A DNA stretch of 64,000 nt from Patescibacteria group bacterium (lineage in GTDB: Bacteria > Patescibacteriota > Patescibacteriia > UBA10025 > JBIOWE01): NCBI GenBank assembly GCA_044868145.1, contig JBIOWE010000006.1, forward strand, positions 151,707 through 215,706, in the 5' to 3' direction. The position numbers were made by a program, and so were the translations under genes. Shown piece by piece: positions 26,649 through 35,620 of the stretch (positions are counted from its first letter, which is position 1; each line of letters opens with the position of its first letter). Below the pieces are notes generated by a model. The model was not told where the DNA came from. It saw only the letters and a list, made by a program, of their open reading frames with translations, and searched no databases.

Positions 26649-27794
26649 ATGCGAGTATTAACACACCGTTTGCGTTATCTCTACGCGCTGTCTATCCTTA
26701 TCGGCACCATAGTTGGCGTCGGTTTTTTTGGCTTGCCCTACGCCGCTCTGCAAGCCGGCTACGGCACACTGCTTTTGTATTTTGTTTTATTGGGCGCCGT
26801 TGTTCTTTTGACGCATTTGTTCTACGCGGAATTTTCTTTGCATACAAAGGGTCACCACCGGCTGGTCGGATACGCGAGTTTGTACTTAGGTCGGTTCGGA
26901 AAATGGCTGACGTTTCACGTTAAGATGTTTGGCATCTTCGGTGCGCTGCTTGCCTATTTGTTGATCGGCGGCAGATTCCTTGCTAGTTTGTTTGGCGGTT
27001 CAGTTATTTTATATACGTTTCTCTTTTTTCTGGCCGGCGCCTGGCTTGTGTGGCGTGGCTCACGATCTATTGGACCGGTTGAATTGGTCCTCTTGGGTAT
27101 CTTCGTTCTCCTGGTCGTCATAGTCTTCATTGCCGGCATTCCTTCGCTCCGTTTAGAGAACATCACAGGATTCAGCTCCGCGGCATTCTTCTTGCCCTAT
27201 GGGATCGTGTTGTTTTCCCTGTGGGGTATTGACGCGATTCCCGAATTACGCGATCTTTTATGGCACGACGCGAAGCACATGCGCCGTGCGATTACCTACG
27301 GCGTTTTGATCTCGATATGTATTTACATTGTGTTTACTTTTTTTGTTCTCGGCATCTCGGGCACGACAACAACAAAGGACGCTTTGTCCGGTTTAGCGCC
27401 GCATTTCGGGCAGACCATTATGTTCTTCGGATATCTCCTTGGAGTGATTACCTCGTTTACTTCCTTTATTACATTCGGTCTTGCGTTAAGGAAGACTTTT
27501 ACGTATGATTTGCGTTTTCCAAAATTTATCGCATGGACCATAACATGTTTTGTGCCGCTCTTCCTTTTCGTCATCGGCATTCAAAATTTCTTAACAGTCA
27601 TAAGTGTAACCGGCGCCCTGTTCATCGGTATTGAAGCGATTATCGTGTTTCTTATTTATATTCGGTTTAAAACGGTGCAAAAGCGTACGACCCTGCCACG
27701 ACTTCGCTTTTTGAAAGTTGTTTCATTTGCCATGGTCGTTGTCCTGCTCACCGGCGTATGGTTTGAAATTCTCGCATTATTGGGAGCGGTATGA
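26649..27794 (+). CDS. Amino-acid permease (Trp/Tyr-permease-like, about 11 TM)
   Basis: Polytopic. N-terminal G.G.FGLPYA motif. Extended -10 TGgTATACT upstream. Confidence 0.55.
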   Translation: MRVLTHRLRYLYALSILIGTIVGVGFFGLPYAALQAGYGTLLLYFVLLGAVVLLTHLFYAEFSLHTKGHHRLVGYASLYLGRFGKWLTFHVKMFGIFGALLAYLLIGGRFLASLFGGSVILYTFLFFLAGAWLVWRGSRSIGPVELVLLGIFVLLVVIVFIAGIPSLRLENITGFSSAAFFLPYGIVLFSLWGIDAIPELRDLLWHDAKHMRRAITYGVLISICIYIVFTFFVLGISGTTTTKDALSGLAPHFGQTIMFFGYLLGVITSFTSFITFGLALRKTFTYDLRFPKFIAWTITCFVPLFLFVIGIQNFLTVISVTGALFIGIEAIIVFLIYIRFKTVQKRTTLPRLRFLKVVSFAMVVVLLTGVWFEILALLGAV

Positions 27795-29218
27795 AAACAT
27801 CTCCTACAATACGTGTACGCTTTGCGCCTTCGCCAACGGGGTTTCTCCATATTGGCGGGCTTCGGACAGCTTTGTATAACTGGCTTTTTGCCAGGAAACA
27901 CAAGGGGGAATTTATCCTGCGTATTGAAGATACGGATCGTGAACGCATTGTCCCTGGAGCGCTTGAGAATATTCAAGAAGCGCTTAGGTGGTACGGTTTG
28001 AAGTGGAATGAAGGACCGGTGATGCAATCCGAACGGTTGGAAAAATACAAAGCCCATGCCGCGACGCTCGTAAAACAGGAAGGTGCATATGATTGTTTTT
28101 GTACGAAAGAACGGCTGGAGCGGGTGCGCAAAGCGCAGGAATTGGCAAAGCAGCCGCCGCGTTATGATGGCCATTGTCGTAACCTTTCAAAGGACGAAGT
28201 CACGAAAAGATTGCAAGCTGGCGAGCCGCACGTCATTCGCTTGAAAATCCCGGACGAGGGATCCACCGTTTTCCAAGATATTATTCACGGCAGCGTGTCG
28301 TTCGAAAATAAAAATCTCGACGACCAGGTGTTGCTGAAGTCTGACGGCTTTCCGACGTACCACCTCGCCAACGTGGTAGACGATCACGATATGGGAATCT
28401 CGCACGTGATTCGCGGGGACGAGTGGCTGCCTTCCACACCCAAGCACGTGTTGCTGTATGAAGCGTTCGGTTGGCGACTGCCGGAATTCGCGCACCTGCC
28501 CATTATTCTCGGCAAGGACCGGTCCAAGCTTTCGAAGCGCCATGGCGCAAAGCCGGCCTTGGAGTACCGCGACGCGGGCTATCTGCCCCAGGCGGTATTG
28601 AATTTTATTTCGCTGCTTGGCTGGAATCCGGGTACGGAGCAGGAAATCTTCCATGCAGGCGAACTCATTGAAGCGTTCGATCTTGCCAAGGTGAACAAAG
28701 CTGGCGCGGTGTTCGATTCCGATAAACTCGATTGGATGAACGGCATGTACATTCGAACAATGAAACCGAAAGAGCTTGCCAAAGCGCTTATGCCATTCGT
28801 TAAAGATCTCCACGCCACAGAGAAAGATCTGGAACGCATCGCACCGCTCTTTCAGGAAAGATTAAAAACGCTTGCGGAATTTAAGAACTACGCGATATTC
28901 TTTTTTCTAGACTCGCTCGATTATGATCCAAAGCTACTCATTCCCAAGAAAGGCACGCAACAGGAAACAGTGCGCGTTCTTTCCGACGTCAAAGAATTTT
29001 TGCCCACGCTGCCGAAGTCCGTATTCCGTCACAATCAACTTAAACAAAAGTTTGAACATTTTGTTCAGGAAAAGCAGTATACGAACATGGCCGTGCTCTG
29101 GCCGCTGCGGGTGGCGCTTACGGGTTTGGCCGCGTCGCCCGGCGTGTTTGAAGTTATGGAAGCGCTCGGCCCGGAGCGATCCATGAAAAGGGTAGGGGAG
29201 GCGATCCAAAAGCTGTAG
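27791..29218 (+). CDS. gltX: Glutamyl-tRNA synthetase
   Basis: RFAPSPTGFLHIGG (HIGH) and KLSKR (KMSKS) motifs. Confidence 0.9.
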   Translation: MKTSPTIRVRFAPSPTGFLHIGGLRTALYNWLFARKHKGEFILRIEDTDRERIVPGALENIQEALRWYGLKWNEGPVMQSERLEKYKAHAATLVKQEGAYDCFCTKERLERVRKAQELAKQPPRYDGHCRNLSKDEVTKRLQAGEPHVIRLKIPDEGSTVFQDIIHGSVSFENKNLDDQVLLKSDGFPTYHLANVVDDHDMGISHVIRGDEWLPSTPKHVLLYEAFGWRLPEFAHLPIILGKDRSKLSKRHGAKPALEYRDAGYLPQAVLNFISLLGWNPGTEQEIFHAGELIEAFDLAKVNKAGAVFDSDKLDWMNGMYIRTMKPKELAKALMPFVKDLHATEKDLERIAPLFQERLKTLAEFKNYAIFFFLDSLDYDPKLLIPKKGTQQETVRVLSDVKEFLPTLPKSVFRHNQLKQKFEHFVQEKQYTNMAVLWPLRVALTGLAASPGVFEVMEALGPERSMKRVGEAIQKL

Positions 29219-29221
29219 AAC

Positions 29222-29250
29222 TTGTCGTAGGCCCTGAATTGTGTTATAAT
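29222..29250 (+). promoter_or_regulatory. Promoter TTGTCG-17-TATAAT, 9 nt before the ATG at 29260
   Basis: Read directly. Confidence 0.5.
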
Positions 29251-29259
29251 GGCCAAACG

Positions 29260-30537
29260 ATGCTAAGAAAAGCGCAAAACAAAAGCACTGGCATTGTAAA
29301 CAAAAACAAAACCCGAACTATCGCATTCGCAGCTGGGGCATGCTTGCTTGTTGCCTCATTTTTTGTTTTGCCCAGGTTAATTTCGTTCGCGCAAGAGAGC
29401 ACGCCGGACAGCCAATCCATCATTTCTCTTGACCAGCAAATTCAGGATAAACAGCAACAGCTGGAGGACATTCAGAAACGCATTACGACCTATCAAGAAA
29501 GTGTCAAGATAAAGCAGCAAGAAGCGTTATCGCTGCAAAACCAGCTTTCAATGCTCGACGACCAAATTGCGACGACGCAGGCGGACATCGAACGCATCAA
29601 CATTGAGCTTCAGCAAATAGAATTGGAAATTAACAAGCTCGTGTTGCAAATCGCGGAGAAGGAGAATGAACTCGAAGCCAAACGGGAATCGCTCTCTCGG
29701 TACATCCAAGTATTATACCAATACGATCAAAAGACAGTTATTGAACTGTTCGTTGCGCATGATTCGTTCTCGGATTTTTATAATCAAATCCAGTACTCGG
29801 AGCAGTTGCAACAGAACGTGAAAGACGGTTTGGACGAGGTAAAATCGCTGAAAGATGAGTTGGAAACCAAGCGCCAGGACCAGGACGCGAAAAAGAACGA
29901 ACTCGACGACTTGCATAGTTCGCTGGAAACGACTGCCGTAACGCTTGGTCAACAGAAAACATACAAGGAAGATTTGCTTGGACAAACAAAAACGAACGAG
30001 ACAAAATTCGCGAGCTTGCTTGATCAGGCGAATCTTGAGCAGCAGCAAGCGTCGGCAGATATCTCGAATTTGGAGCGCCAGGCCCGCAATGAGCTTGAAG
30101 GGGAGGGGATAGACCTCAATCAGGAAATTGCCACGCTCATGTGGCCCGTGTCGCCCACCAAGGGTATTTCCGCGTACTTCCACGATCCGACCTATATTTT
30201 TCGCAGATACTTCGAGCACCCAGCCATCGACATCCCCGCGTCGCAAGGCACGCCTATTCGCGCTGCGGCGAGCGGCTACGTCGCCCGCGCCAAAGACGCG
30301 GGGTTCGGCTACAGCTACATTATGCTTGTGCACAACGAAGAACTTTCCACCGTGTATGGCCACGTGAGTCGCATTGACGTGCGCGAGGATTCCTATGTTG
30401 TCCGCGGACAGCAAATCGGCCTCGTTGGCGGCACTCCCGGCACCCCAGGCGCCGGTAACCTCACCACCGGCCCGCACTTGCACTTCGAAGTGCGTTCCAA
30501 TGGCATTCCAGTGAATCCGCTGGACTACCTGCCATAA
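29260..30537 (+). CDS. M23 peptidase with N-terminal coiled coil (EnvC-like)
   Basis: Long Q/E-rich coiled coil, then HxxxD and HLHFE M23 motifs. The track start is an upstream TTG. Confidence 0.8.
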   Translation: MLRKAQNKSTGIVNKNKTRTIAFAAGACLLVASFFVLPRLISFAQESTPDSQSIISLDQQIQDKQQQLEDIQKRITTYQESVKIKQQEALSLQNQLSMLDDQIATTQADIERINIELQQIELEINKLVLQIAEKENELEAKRESLSRYIQVLYQYDQKTVIELFVAHDSFSDFYNQIQYSEQLQQNVKDGLDEVKSLKDELETKRQDQDAKKNELDDLHSSLETTAVTLGQQKTYKEDLLGQTKTNETKFASLLDQANLEQQQASADISNLERQARNELEGEGIDLNQEIATLMWPVSPTKGISAYFHDPTYIFRRYFEHPAIDIPASQGTPIRAAASGYVARAKDAGFGYSYIMLVHNEELSTVYGHVSRIDVREDSYVVRGQQIGLVGGTPGTPGAGNLTTGPHLHFEVRSNGIPVNPLDYLP

Positions 30538-30560
30538 GACTTTCAATCTTGTCTCAATTC

Positions 30561-30590
30561 AAGAAGCGGCCAAAAAGCCGCTTCTTTGGT
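30561..30590 (+). terminator. Rho-independent terminator (10-bp stem AAGAAGCGGC / GCCGCTTCTT)
   Basis: Read directly. Confidence 0.6.
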
Positions 30591-30702
30591 TACACTTTTC
30601 GATCAGCCGTGCCCTTTTTTCCTTATACCCCACAGGGTAAAATCAATTTTCACAATCATTCTTTATCGAGTGACGCACGAGGCAGGGGACAGCTTGGGCT
30701 AG

Positions 30703-30885
30703 TTAGCGTAACACTTTTATCGCGAGTTGATTTTTCAAAGCCTCTACTTTATTCTCAAGACTCGATAAACCAATCGCTAAGTTTTGGAGGCCAGCGTATA
30801 AATTGTACTTCTCGGGTTCAGTTTCCGGGTTTCCAAAAAGACGCAGGTTCTCATTAAATTGCTTAGCTGCATTTATCAAATGCAT
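30703..30885 (-). CDS. Small helical hypothetical protein (60 aa)
   Basis: Strong SD (AAAGGAGGTG, 6 nt before the ATG). Starts 20 nt after the upstream gene. Confidence 0.5.
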   Translation of the reverse strand: MHLINAAKQFNENLRLFGNPETEPEKYNLYAGLQNLAIGLSSLENKVEALKNQLAIKVLR

Positions 30886-30905
30886 ATGTGCACCTCCTTT
30901 CTATT

Positions 30906-31733
30906 CTACTGAAGTTTTTCTTTAACCGTTAAATAGTGAAAAATTACCTTTGGTTTGTTAAGCGCGCTCGGATCGATTAAGCCGGCGCCAAAACGTGCTT
31001 TATCGTTGAAGCTCCCGTTGACCGAAAAATTCCAAACAATTTCTTGACCACCGTTCAAGTCAAATAATTTTCCGTTTTGGTCGTAAAATTTTATGTTTAA
31101 TGTCACCGATCGTGTACTGCCATTTTCGATTTTAGCGTTTACATCAATAGTTGCCTTCACTGGCTGATCGACTGGGAAGCTTTCTGTTAAATAGCATCTC
31201 AGTTCGCTAGTCACTTTACAATTCTCGGGAAATTCAGGATTCCAATTTGGGTTGTCGACATCAAACGATTTAAGGCTGATTGCACGTCTATCACCATCGC
31301 CGATGATGATTTGGAAAGCATTTTCTACGATGATGTAAAAATCCGATGCTTCTGTTAGCGGCGTGAATTTGACTTCAATTACTGCGTGTTCAAAAATCGC
31401 TTTTGTTGAGAGATAATACGCGAACCCTTTTTTTGTATATCCTAGTGACAAAACACCTTCTTTGTTGAACCTAATGTCTCCAATTTTATCAAAACCTTCG
31501 AAATTTGTTGTTTCAATGCTATCAAGGGCACTTTCGCTCAATACTTTCTGTCTCCCTACCTCTTGTTCCGCAATCTGTTTTTTTTCTGCGGGAGTTGAAA
31601 AAAAGAAGTTGTAAATTTGTGTAACTTCAGCGCTAAATTCAACGCTAATAAGAGCAAACGCAAAAACTACCGACCCTAATTTTACAACTTTTTTTCGCCA
31701 CCATTTACTTGATTTTTTTGCAGCATCCTTCAT
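30906..31733 (-). CDS. Hypothetical membrane-anchored/secreted protein (275 aa)
   Basis: N-terminal transmembrane helix. Preceded by a promoter and a roughly 100-nt structured leader. Confidence 0.5.
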   Translation of the reverse strand: MKDAAKKSSKWWRKKVVKLGSVVFAFALISVEFSAEVTQIYNFFFSTPAEKKQIAEQEVGRQKVLSESALDSIETTNFEGFDKIGDIRFNKEGVLSLGYTKKGFAYYLSTKAIFEHAVIEVKFTPLTEASDFYIIVENAFQIIIGDGDRRAISLKSFDVDNPNWNPEFPENCKVTSELRCYLTESFPVDQPVKATIDVNAKIENGSTRSVTLNIKFYDQNGKLFDLNGGQEIVWNFSVNGSFNDKARFGAGLIDPSALNKPKVIFHYLTVKEKLQ

Positions 31734-31840
31734 TTTGGACTATTTTTTTCATAAAAATATAGGCGAATTCGGCTTTCAAAGAAGTGTAAAGCCGGGGCTC
31801 ACCATTCCCCCTGACACAATATGTTGTACTCCCACAAGGT

Positions 31841-31868
31841 ATTATACTACTAAATGTGGGAAAGTCAA
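31841..31868 (-). promoter_or_regulatory. Promoter TTGACT-16-TATAAT (minus strand) with a roughly 100-nt hairpin-containing 5' UTR
   Basis: Read on the minus strand. UTR hairpins are GGGGaatggtgaGCCCC and GGCTTTacacttctttgAAAGCC. Confidence 0.5.
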
Positions 31869-31882
31869 TGAATTTTTTGCTT

Positions 31883-32815
31883 TTATTTCAATGGATGATA
31901 CTTCTTATGCGTCTTTTCTGCGTATTTGTCAGAGGCGTGGACGTAGCGCGTGGTTGTGTCTAGCGATTCGTGGCCGAGGAGTATCTGTATAGCCGCAGGA
32001 TTGGCGCCTTGTTCGGCCATGTAGGTCGCAAAGCCGTGGCGGAGGGAGTGGGCGCTCGTTGGGACATTGATACGCAAGCGATCCCTGTATTTTTTTATTT
32101 TCATTTGAATATAGTTTGTTGAGATGCGCGAAGTCGTTTTTTTGATATTGCTGCCACGGTAGGGGATAAAGAGGGCGAGGGCACTGTCTTTGCGAGCTCG
32201 CAAGTATTGTTCAACATGATGGTGTGCGCGATCCGTGAGATACACGAATCGCTGTTTTTTGCCTTTGCCTAAAATGAATATTTTGCCGGTCTGGTCTATT
32301 TGGTTTCTATTCAAGCTCACAAGCTCGGAAATGCGCATCCCGGTTGAAAACAGAACCTCGAGTATAGCGCGATTACGAAGCGCTACCACTTTTACTTTTT
32401 TTTCGAATTCAGTAGGGGATTCAATCAAGCGTACTAAGTCAGGGAATTCTGCCACTTGCGGGTGCTTCTTGATCGTTTTGGTCAATTTCACCATCTCTGG
32501 CGAGACAGATGTCGGGTAGTCATTATCAATCAGGTACTTGAGAAAGGACCGAAGGCTCGAAAGCATCCGGTTCACGGAAAATCCGCCTAGACGCTTCTTG
32601 CCTGCCTCGTCCTCGGCCGTTTTACGGTCCCGGGAGGCAAGGTATGCCTTGTACTGTTCTATATCGCGTTTCTTGAGCTTTGGGAAGGGGAGATTCGCCT
32701 CTTTAACCAAATACGTCTCAAACACTTTTAAATCGCGCTCGTAGTTGTATATGGTCTCCTCAGAGTAGTTATTTGTTTGGAGATTGAGGAGAAAGTCATC
32801 TAAATGGGGTAACAT
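31883..32815 (-). CDS. Tyrosine site-specific recombinase (XerC/XerD-like)
   Basis: C-terminal R...HSLRHGFAT...LLGH...TTRYVH catalytic signature. The track start (32980) runs through the upstream palindromes; the internal M at 32815 (MLPHLDDFL) is likelier. Confidence 0.75.
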   Translation of the reverse strand: MLPHLDDFLLNLQTNNYSEETIYNYERDLKVFETYLVKEANLPFPKLKKRDIEQYKAYLASRDRKTAEDEAGKKRLGGFSVNRMLSSLRSFLKYLIDNDYPTSVSPEMVKLTKTIKKHPQVAEFPDLVRLIESPTEFEKKVKVVALRNRAILEVLFSTGMRISELVSLNRNQIDQTGKIFILGKGKKQRFVYLTDRAHHHVEQYLRARKDSALALFIPYRGSNIKKTTSRISTNYIQMKIKKYRDRLRINVPTSAHSLRHGFATYMAEQGANPAAIQILLGHESLDTTTRYVHASDKYAEKTHKKYHPLK

Positions 32816-32930
32816 AGGAGTATAGCTCTTTATGTCTTTATTGGTGAGTGTAAGGGATATTATACACAGTAACAACTTTATTATATATAGGGCTTTATTT
32901 GTTGTAAAGCCCTGTTCCCTAGCTCTTTGA

Positions 32931-32986
32931 GGGTAGCCTCGATCCTCAGATCGAGGCGGTGCGGATCTGAGGATCCGCACCTACCC
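32931..32986. repeat. Composite palindromic element (CCTCGATC-ctca-GATCGAGG, GGTGCGGATC-tgag-GATCCGCACC, flanked by GGGTAG/CTACCC), related to 12295-12354
   Basis: Exact reverse-complement arms. Shares the GCGGATCT..GATCCGC core and GGTAG/CTACC ends. Confidence 0.55.
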
Positions 32987-33002
32987 GAATGGTGGTGATT
33001 GC

Positions 33003-33437
33003 CTAAAGCGCTTTCAGGACGAATAAGAGGATCGCAATATACATTATTTGTGTCGTTAGGCCCAGCGTCCACCCAACGCGCACCTGAATCGCGGCGTGGA
33101 AGGCTAGGAAGCGCCCGAGTCCCCTTCTGACAGCGGGAAAGATGCCGAAGATGGATATAACGTCCGGTAGGATGGCGAACGTAACGCCGATGAGCAGGTT
33201 TACCCAGTGCTCGGGGTACGAATAAAGCAATGCAAAGAATACGGCAATGCTTGAAAGCAGGTCCGGCCACATGTTCAGGAATTCCTTTGGCTCGGCTTTT
33301 TTCGGCGCGTCAAAGTCCTTATGCGGTACCAGGTCAAGCAAAAAGTGCGACGCTAGAGAAACGACGGCGACCAACGCAGGGTTTCCGATTTTGACACCGG
33401 CTACGGCGCCGGTCAACATGTGGGCAAGTAAAATCAT
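33003..33437 (-). CDS. Small polytopic membrane protein, possibly DUF457/YdjM-like metal-dependent hydrolase; paralog 1
   Basis: Four predicted helices and an HF(L/I)LD(L/F)(V/I)PH motif. 40-45% identical to the next gene. Confidence 0.45.
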   Translation of the reverse strand: MILLAHMLTGAVAGVKIGNPALVAVVSLASHFLLDLVPHKDFDAPKKAEPKEFLNMWPDLLSSIAVFFALLYSYPEHWVNLLIGVTFAILPDVISIFGIFPAVRRGLGRFLAFHAAIQVRVGWTLGLTTQIMYIAILLFVLKAL

Positions 33438-33524
33438 TCCAAAATTAAAGATTAAAAATTAAATATAAAAAATAAAGTAAAGGAATTTTCCGCATTTTTT
33501 ATTTTTGATCTTTTATTTTTACTT

Positions 33525-33956
33525 TTATATTATGAGCCACCAAAGGATTATAAGAATAAAAAACACTTGCACCGCAATACCCGGCACGATATGGATTTCA
33601 TGCTGTACGCGTTCGTGCAAATTGTAAAACCATTTGAACGTGGTTTTTGCCAGTTTGGTATTATCGAGCAGCGATAATAAGTCCGGCAGGATCGCAGAGA
33701 ATACGCCGAGCGTGATGAGTTTCCATTGATTCGCAAAGACGAGGAGAAAAACTGCATAGATCAATGTTGATGCTATGAGATCTGGCCAGATTCGAAAGAA
33801 TTCATTAAAATGGATTTTACGCGGCCTGGCAAAATTCCAATGCGGGATAAAGTCCAATATAAAATGAGACAAAAAGCCCGTCAAGGCAATGGCTATGGGG
33901 CTTTCGACTTTTACACCGATCACGGCGCCAGCCAGTACATGCGAGAGTAACATCAT
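33525..33956 (-). CDS. Paralog 2 of the small membrane protein
   Basis: Same architecture. Shares an identical 30-nt AT-rich leader with paralog 1. Confidence 0.45.
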   Translation of the reverse strand: MMLLSHVLAGAVIGVKVESPIAIALTGFLSHFILDFIPHWNFARPRKIHFNEFFRIWPDLIASTLIYAVFLLVFANQWKLITLGVFSAILPDLLSLLDNTKLAKTTFKWFYNLHERVQHEIHIVPGIAVQVFFILIILWWLII

Positions 33957-34039
33957 GTCAGTAAATTAAAGATTAAAAATTAAATATAAAAATTTGGAAG
34001 AATCACTTCAATATTTTTTATTTTTACCTTTTTATATAG

Positions 34040-34888
34040 TCACTTATAAAATACTTTACCGGGGATTCTTACGTCTATGTATTGTAACTTTGACCGCTGA
34101 TCGGCCAGGGTCGTATTAAGCGCCTGTATAAGCGTTTCCATTTGCGCCTGCAGACTTTCGCGTCGATCAAAGTAGATAGTGAATCCTTCGTCAGACTTGA
34201 TGTGCAGTTCAGAGCTGCCGCCTGCCAGAAGCGTGTTCATGAGGGCGTGCACCGTTGTTTTGTTCTTGAGATCGTCTCGGAGCGTAAGGATAAAGGATAT
34301 TGTATCTTCTGATAAAATGCGTTTGCCAACCGCGACCTCACCGCTCCCCTCTTGCTGGACGATGGTAGCGTCGCTGGCGACGTTCTCCGTTTGTTCTTGA
34401 CGCACAACAATGCCGTTCACGTCAACAGAGTAATACAATTCCCCGGTTTTCCACAGCAGCGCGGGCGGTTGCTCTTTGATAGTAATGATAATCGCGTTTG
34501 GTAATTTCTTCTTGATGGAAAGATCCTCGATACGATATTTCTTTTCGATGTTTTCTTTCAGCCATGATTTACTGAACAGGAATATGTTGCTTTGCGGATA
34601 GATTGCGGCGCGGCGTTGGTGCAATTGCCAATCCACAAGATTCATTTTTACGAATTCTGTATTGATGATTCCGTTTGTTTGTACTGCAACTGTCGTAATG
34701 GCGAATACCGGCGAATAAAATAATAGGTAGACCAGTCCGAACATGAGCAGCAAAGCAAGAAGGACAAAAAAGGAAAAGCGTTCAACGACAAACTGCTGCC
34801 ATGTTCTTTTCTGAAACAGCGGGTTGCGATAGAGAGGCTCTTTTGCGTCTACGATATTGAGTTGTTTACGTTTAAAATTCCAACGCAT
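34040..34888 (-). CDS. FtsQ/DivIB-like cell division protein
   Basis: Short cytoplasmic tail, single transmembrane helix, then a POTRA-like periplasmic domain. Confidence 0.55.
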   Translation of the reverse strand: MRWNFKRKQLNIVDAKEPLYRNPLFQKRTWQQFVVERFSFFVLLALLLMFGLVYLLFYSPVFAITTVAVQTNGIINTEFVKMNLVDWQLHQRRAAIYPQSNIFLFSKSWLKENIEKKYRIEDLSIKKKLPNAIIITIKEQPPALLWKTGELYYSVDVNGIVVRQEQTENVASDATIVQQEGSGEVAVGKRILSEDTISFILTLRDDLKNKTTVHALMNTLLAGGSSELHIKSDEGFTIYFDRRESLQAQMETLIQALNTTLADQRSKLQYIDVRIPGKVFYK

Positions 34889-34925
34889 GTAAGCTACAGT
34901 AAAAATGTGAGGTATAGCCCTTTAC

Positions 34926-35057
34926 TTGACATGTTTTATAGCGTATGTTATGTTTGTTTTGAAAGAAATCCTCTGCACTTTCTTGCTTGTGCTCCGATTC
35001 CAGGATGAGGTTTCTTTTCACAGTCCCCGCGACCATTATATGGGAGCGGGGTTTTTA
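34926..35057 (+). ncRNA. Candidate sRNA unit A (promoter TTGACA-17-TATGTT to CCCCGC hairpin terminator)
   Basis: Promoter hexamers at 34926-34954. Terminator CCCCGCGACC..GCGGGG plus T5 at 35025-35057. Confidence 0.4.
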
Positions 35058-35077
35058 TTGGTAGTTATGGAAAATGG

Positions 35078-35234
35078 TTGACGTCTTTTTCGCAGTCTGG
35101 TACATTGAGTTTGTCCGGAGCTTACCACTCCGCGTCATGCTCTTTCTCAATTCAGGTACTCTCATTTATTCTTTTTATCAAGTCCCTTTGATAGACCCCG
35201 CGACCATTTTACCATTATGGAAGCGGGGTTTTTA
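35078..35234 (+). ncRNA. Candidate sRNA unit B (TTGACG-17-TACATT to terminator)
   Basis: Promoter at 35078-35106. Terminator at 35196-35234. Homologous to unit C in its 5' block and terminator. Confidence 0.4.
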
Positions 35235-35273
35235 TTGCTAGTTTGGAAGTCATGAAATTCTGCATGAAAATGT

Positions 35274-35460
35274 TTGACACCTTTTTTGCAGTTTGTTACC
35301 TTTAGTTTGCCCGGAGCTTAGGCTCTAGACGGCATGTTCTTTCTAAGAGGATCCATTAGAGGATTCTTTATCTGCGAGATCCATGATTATCTGGGTCTTC
35401 GCCTAGTTTGCCAATATCCCCGCAACCATATCTACCATCGTGGAGGCGGGGATTTTTTAG
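35274..35460 (+). ncRNA. Candidate sRNA unit C (TTGACA-18-TACCTT to terminator)
   Basis: Promoter at 35274-35303. Terminator at 35419-35460. Confidence 0.4.
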
Positions 35461-35479
35461 TTATCCACAATGAGCACTT

Positions 35480-35620
35480 TGACAAATTTTTCGTTTGATT
35501 TATAGTATATTCAGCTAGAAGTTAGAGAAGCTCTAAGTCTTTTCTACAGCGTTAGCCGTAAACAACCAAAACGGTTGCCGCGAACACCCTCATTCTTTAA
35601 AGAGTGAGGGTATTTTTTAT
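35480..35620 (+). ncRNA. Candidate sRNA unit D (TTGACA-16-TATAGT to ACCCTCA hairpin terminator)
   Basis: Promoter at 35480-35507. Terminator at 35586-35620. No ATG in the transcript. Confidence 0.4.

Noticed and set aside
30549-30857. 102-aa plus-strand ORF downstream of the M23 peptidase
   Set aside because: It starts inside the terminator and overlaps the well-supported minus-strand 60-aa gene. No signals.
12295-32986. Palindrome pairs at 12295-12354 and 32931-32986 as att sites of an integrated element mobilised by the xer-like recombinase
   Set aside because: The intervening 20 kb consists of essential housekeeping genes (gltX, dcd, xseAB, hup). There is no phage, plasmid or transposase content.
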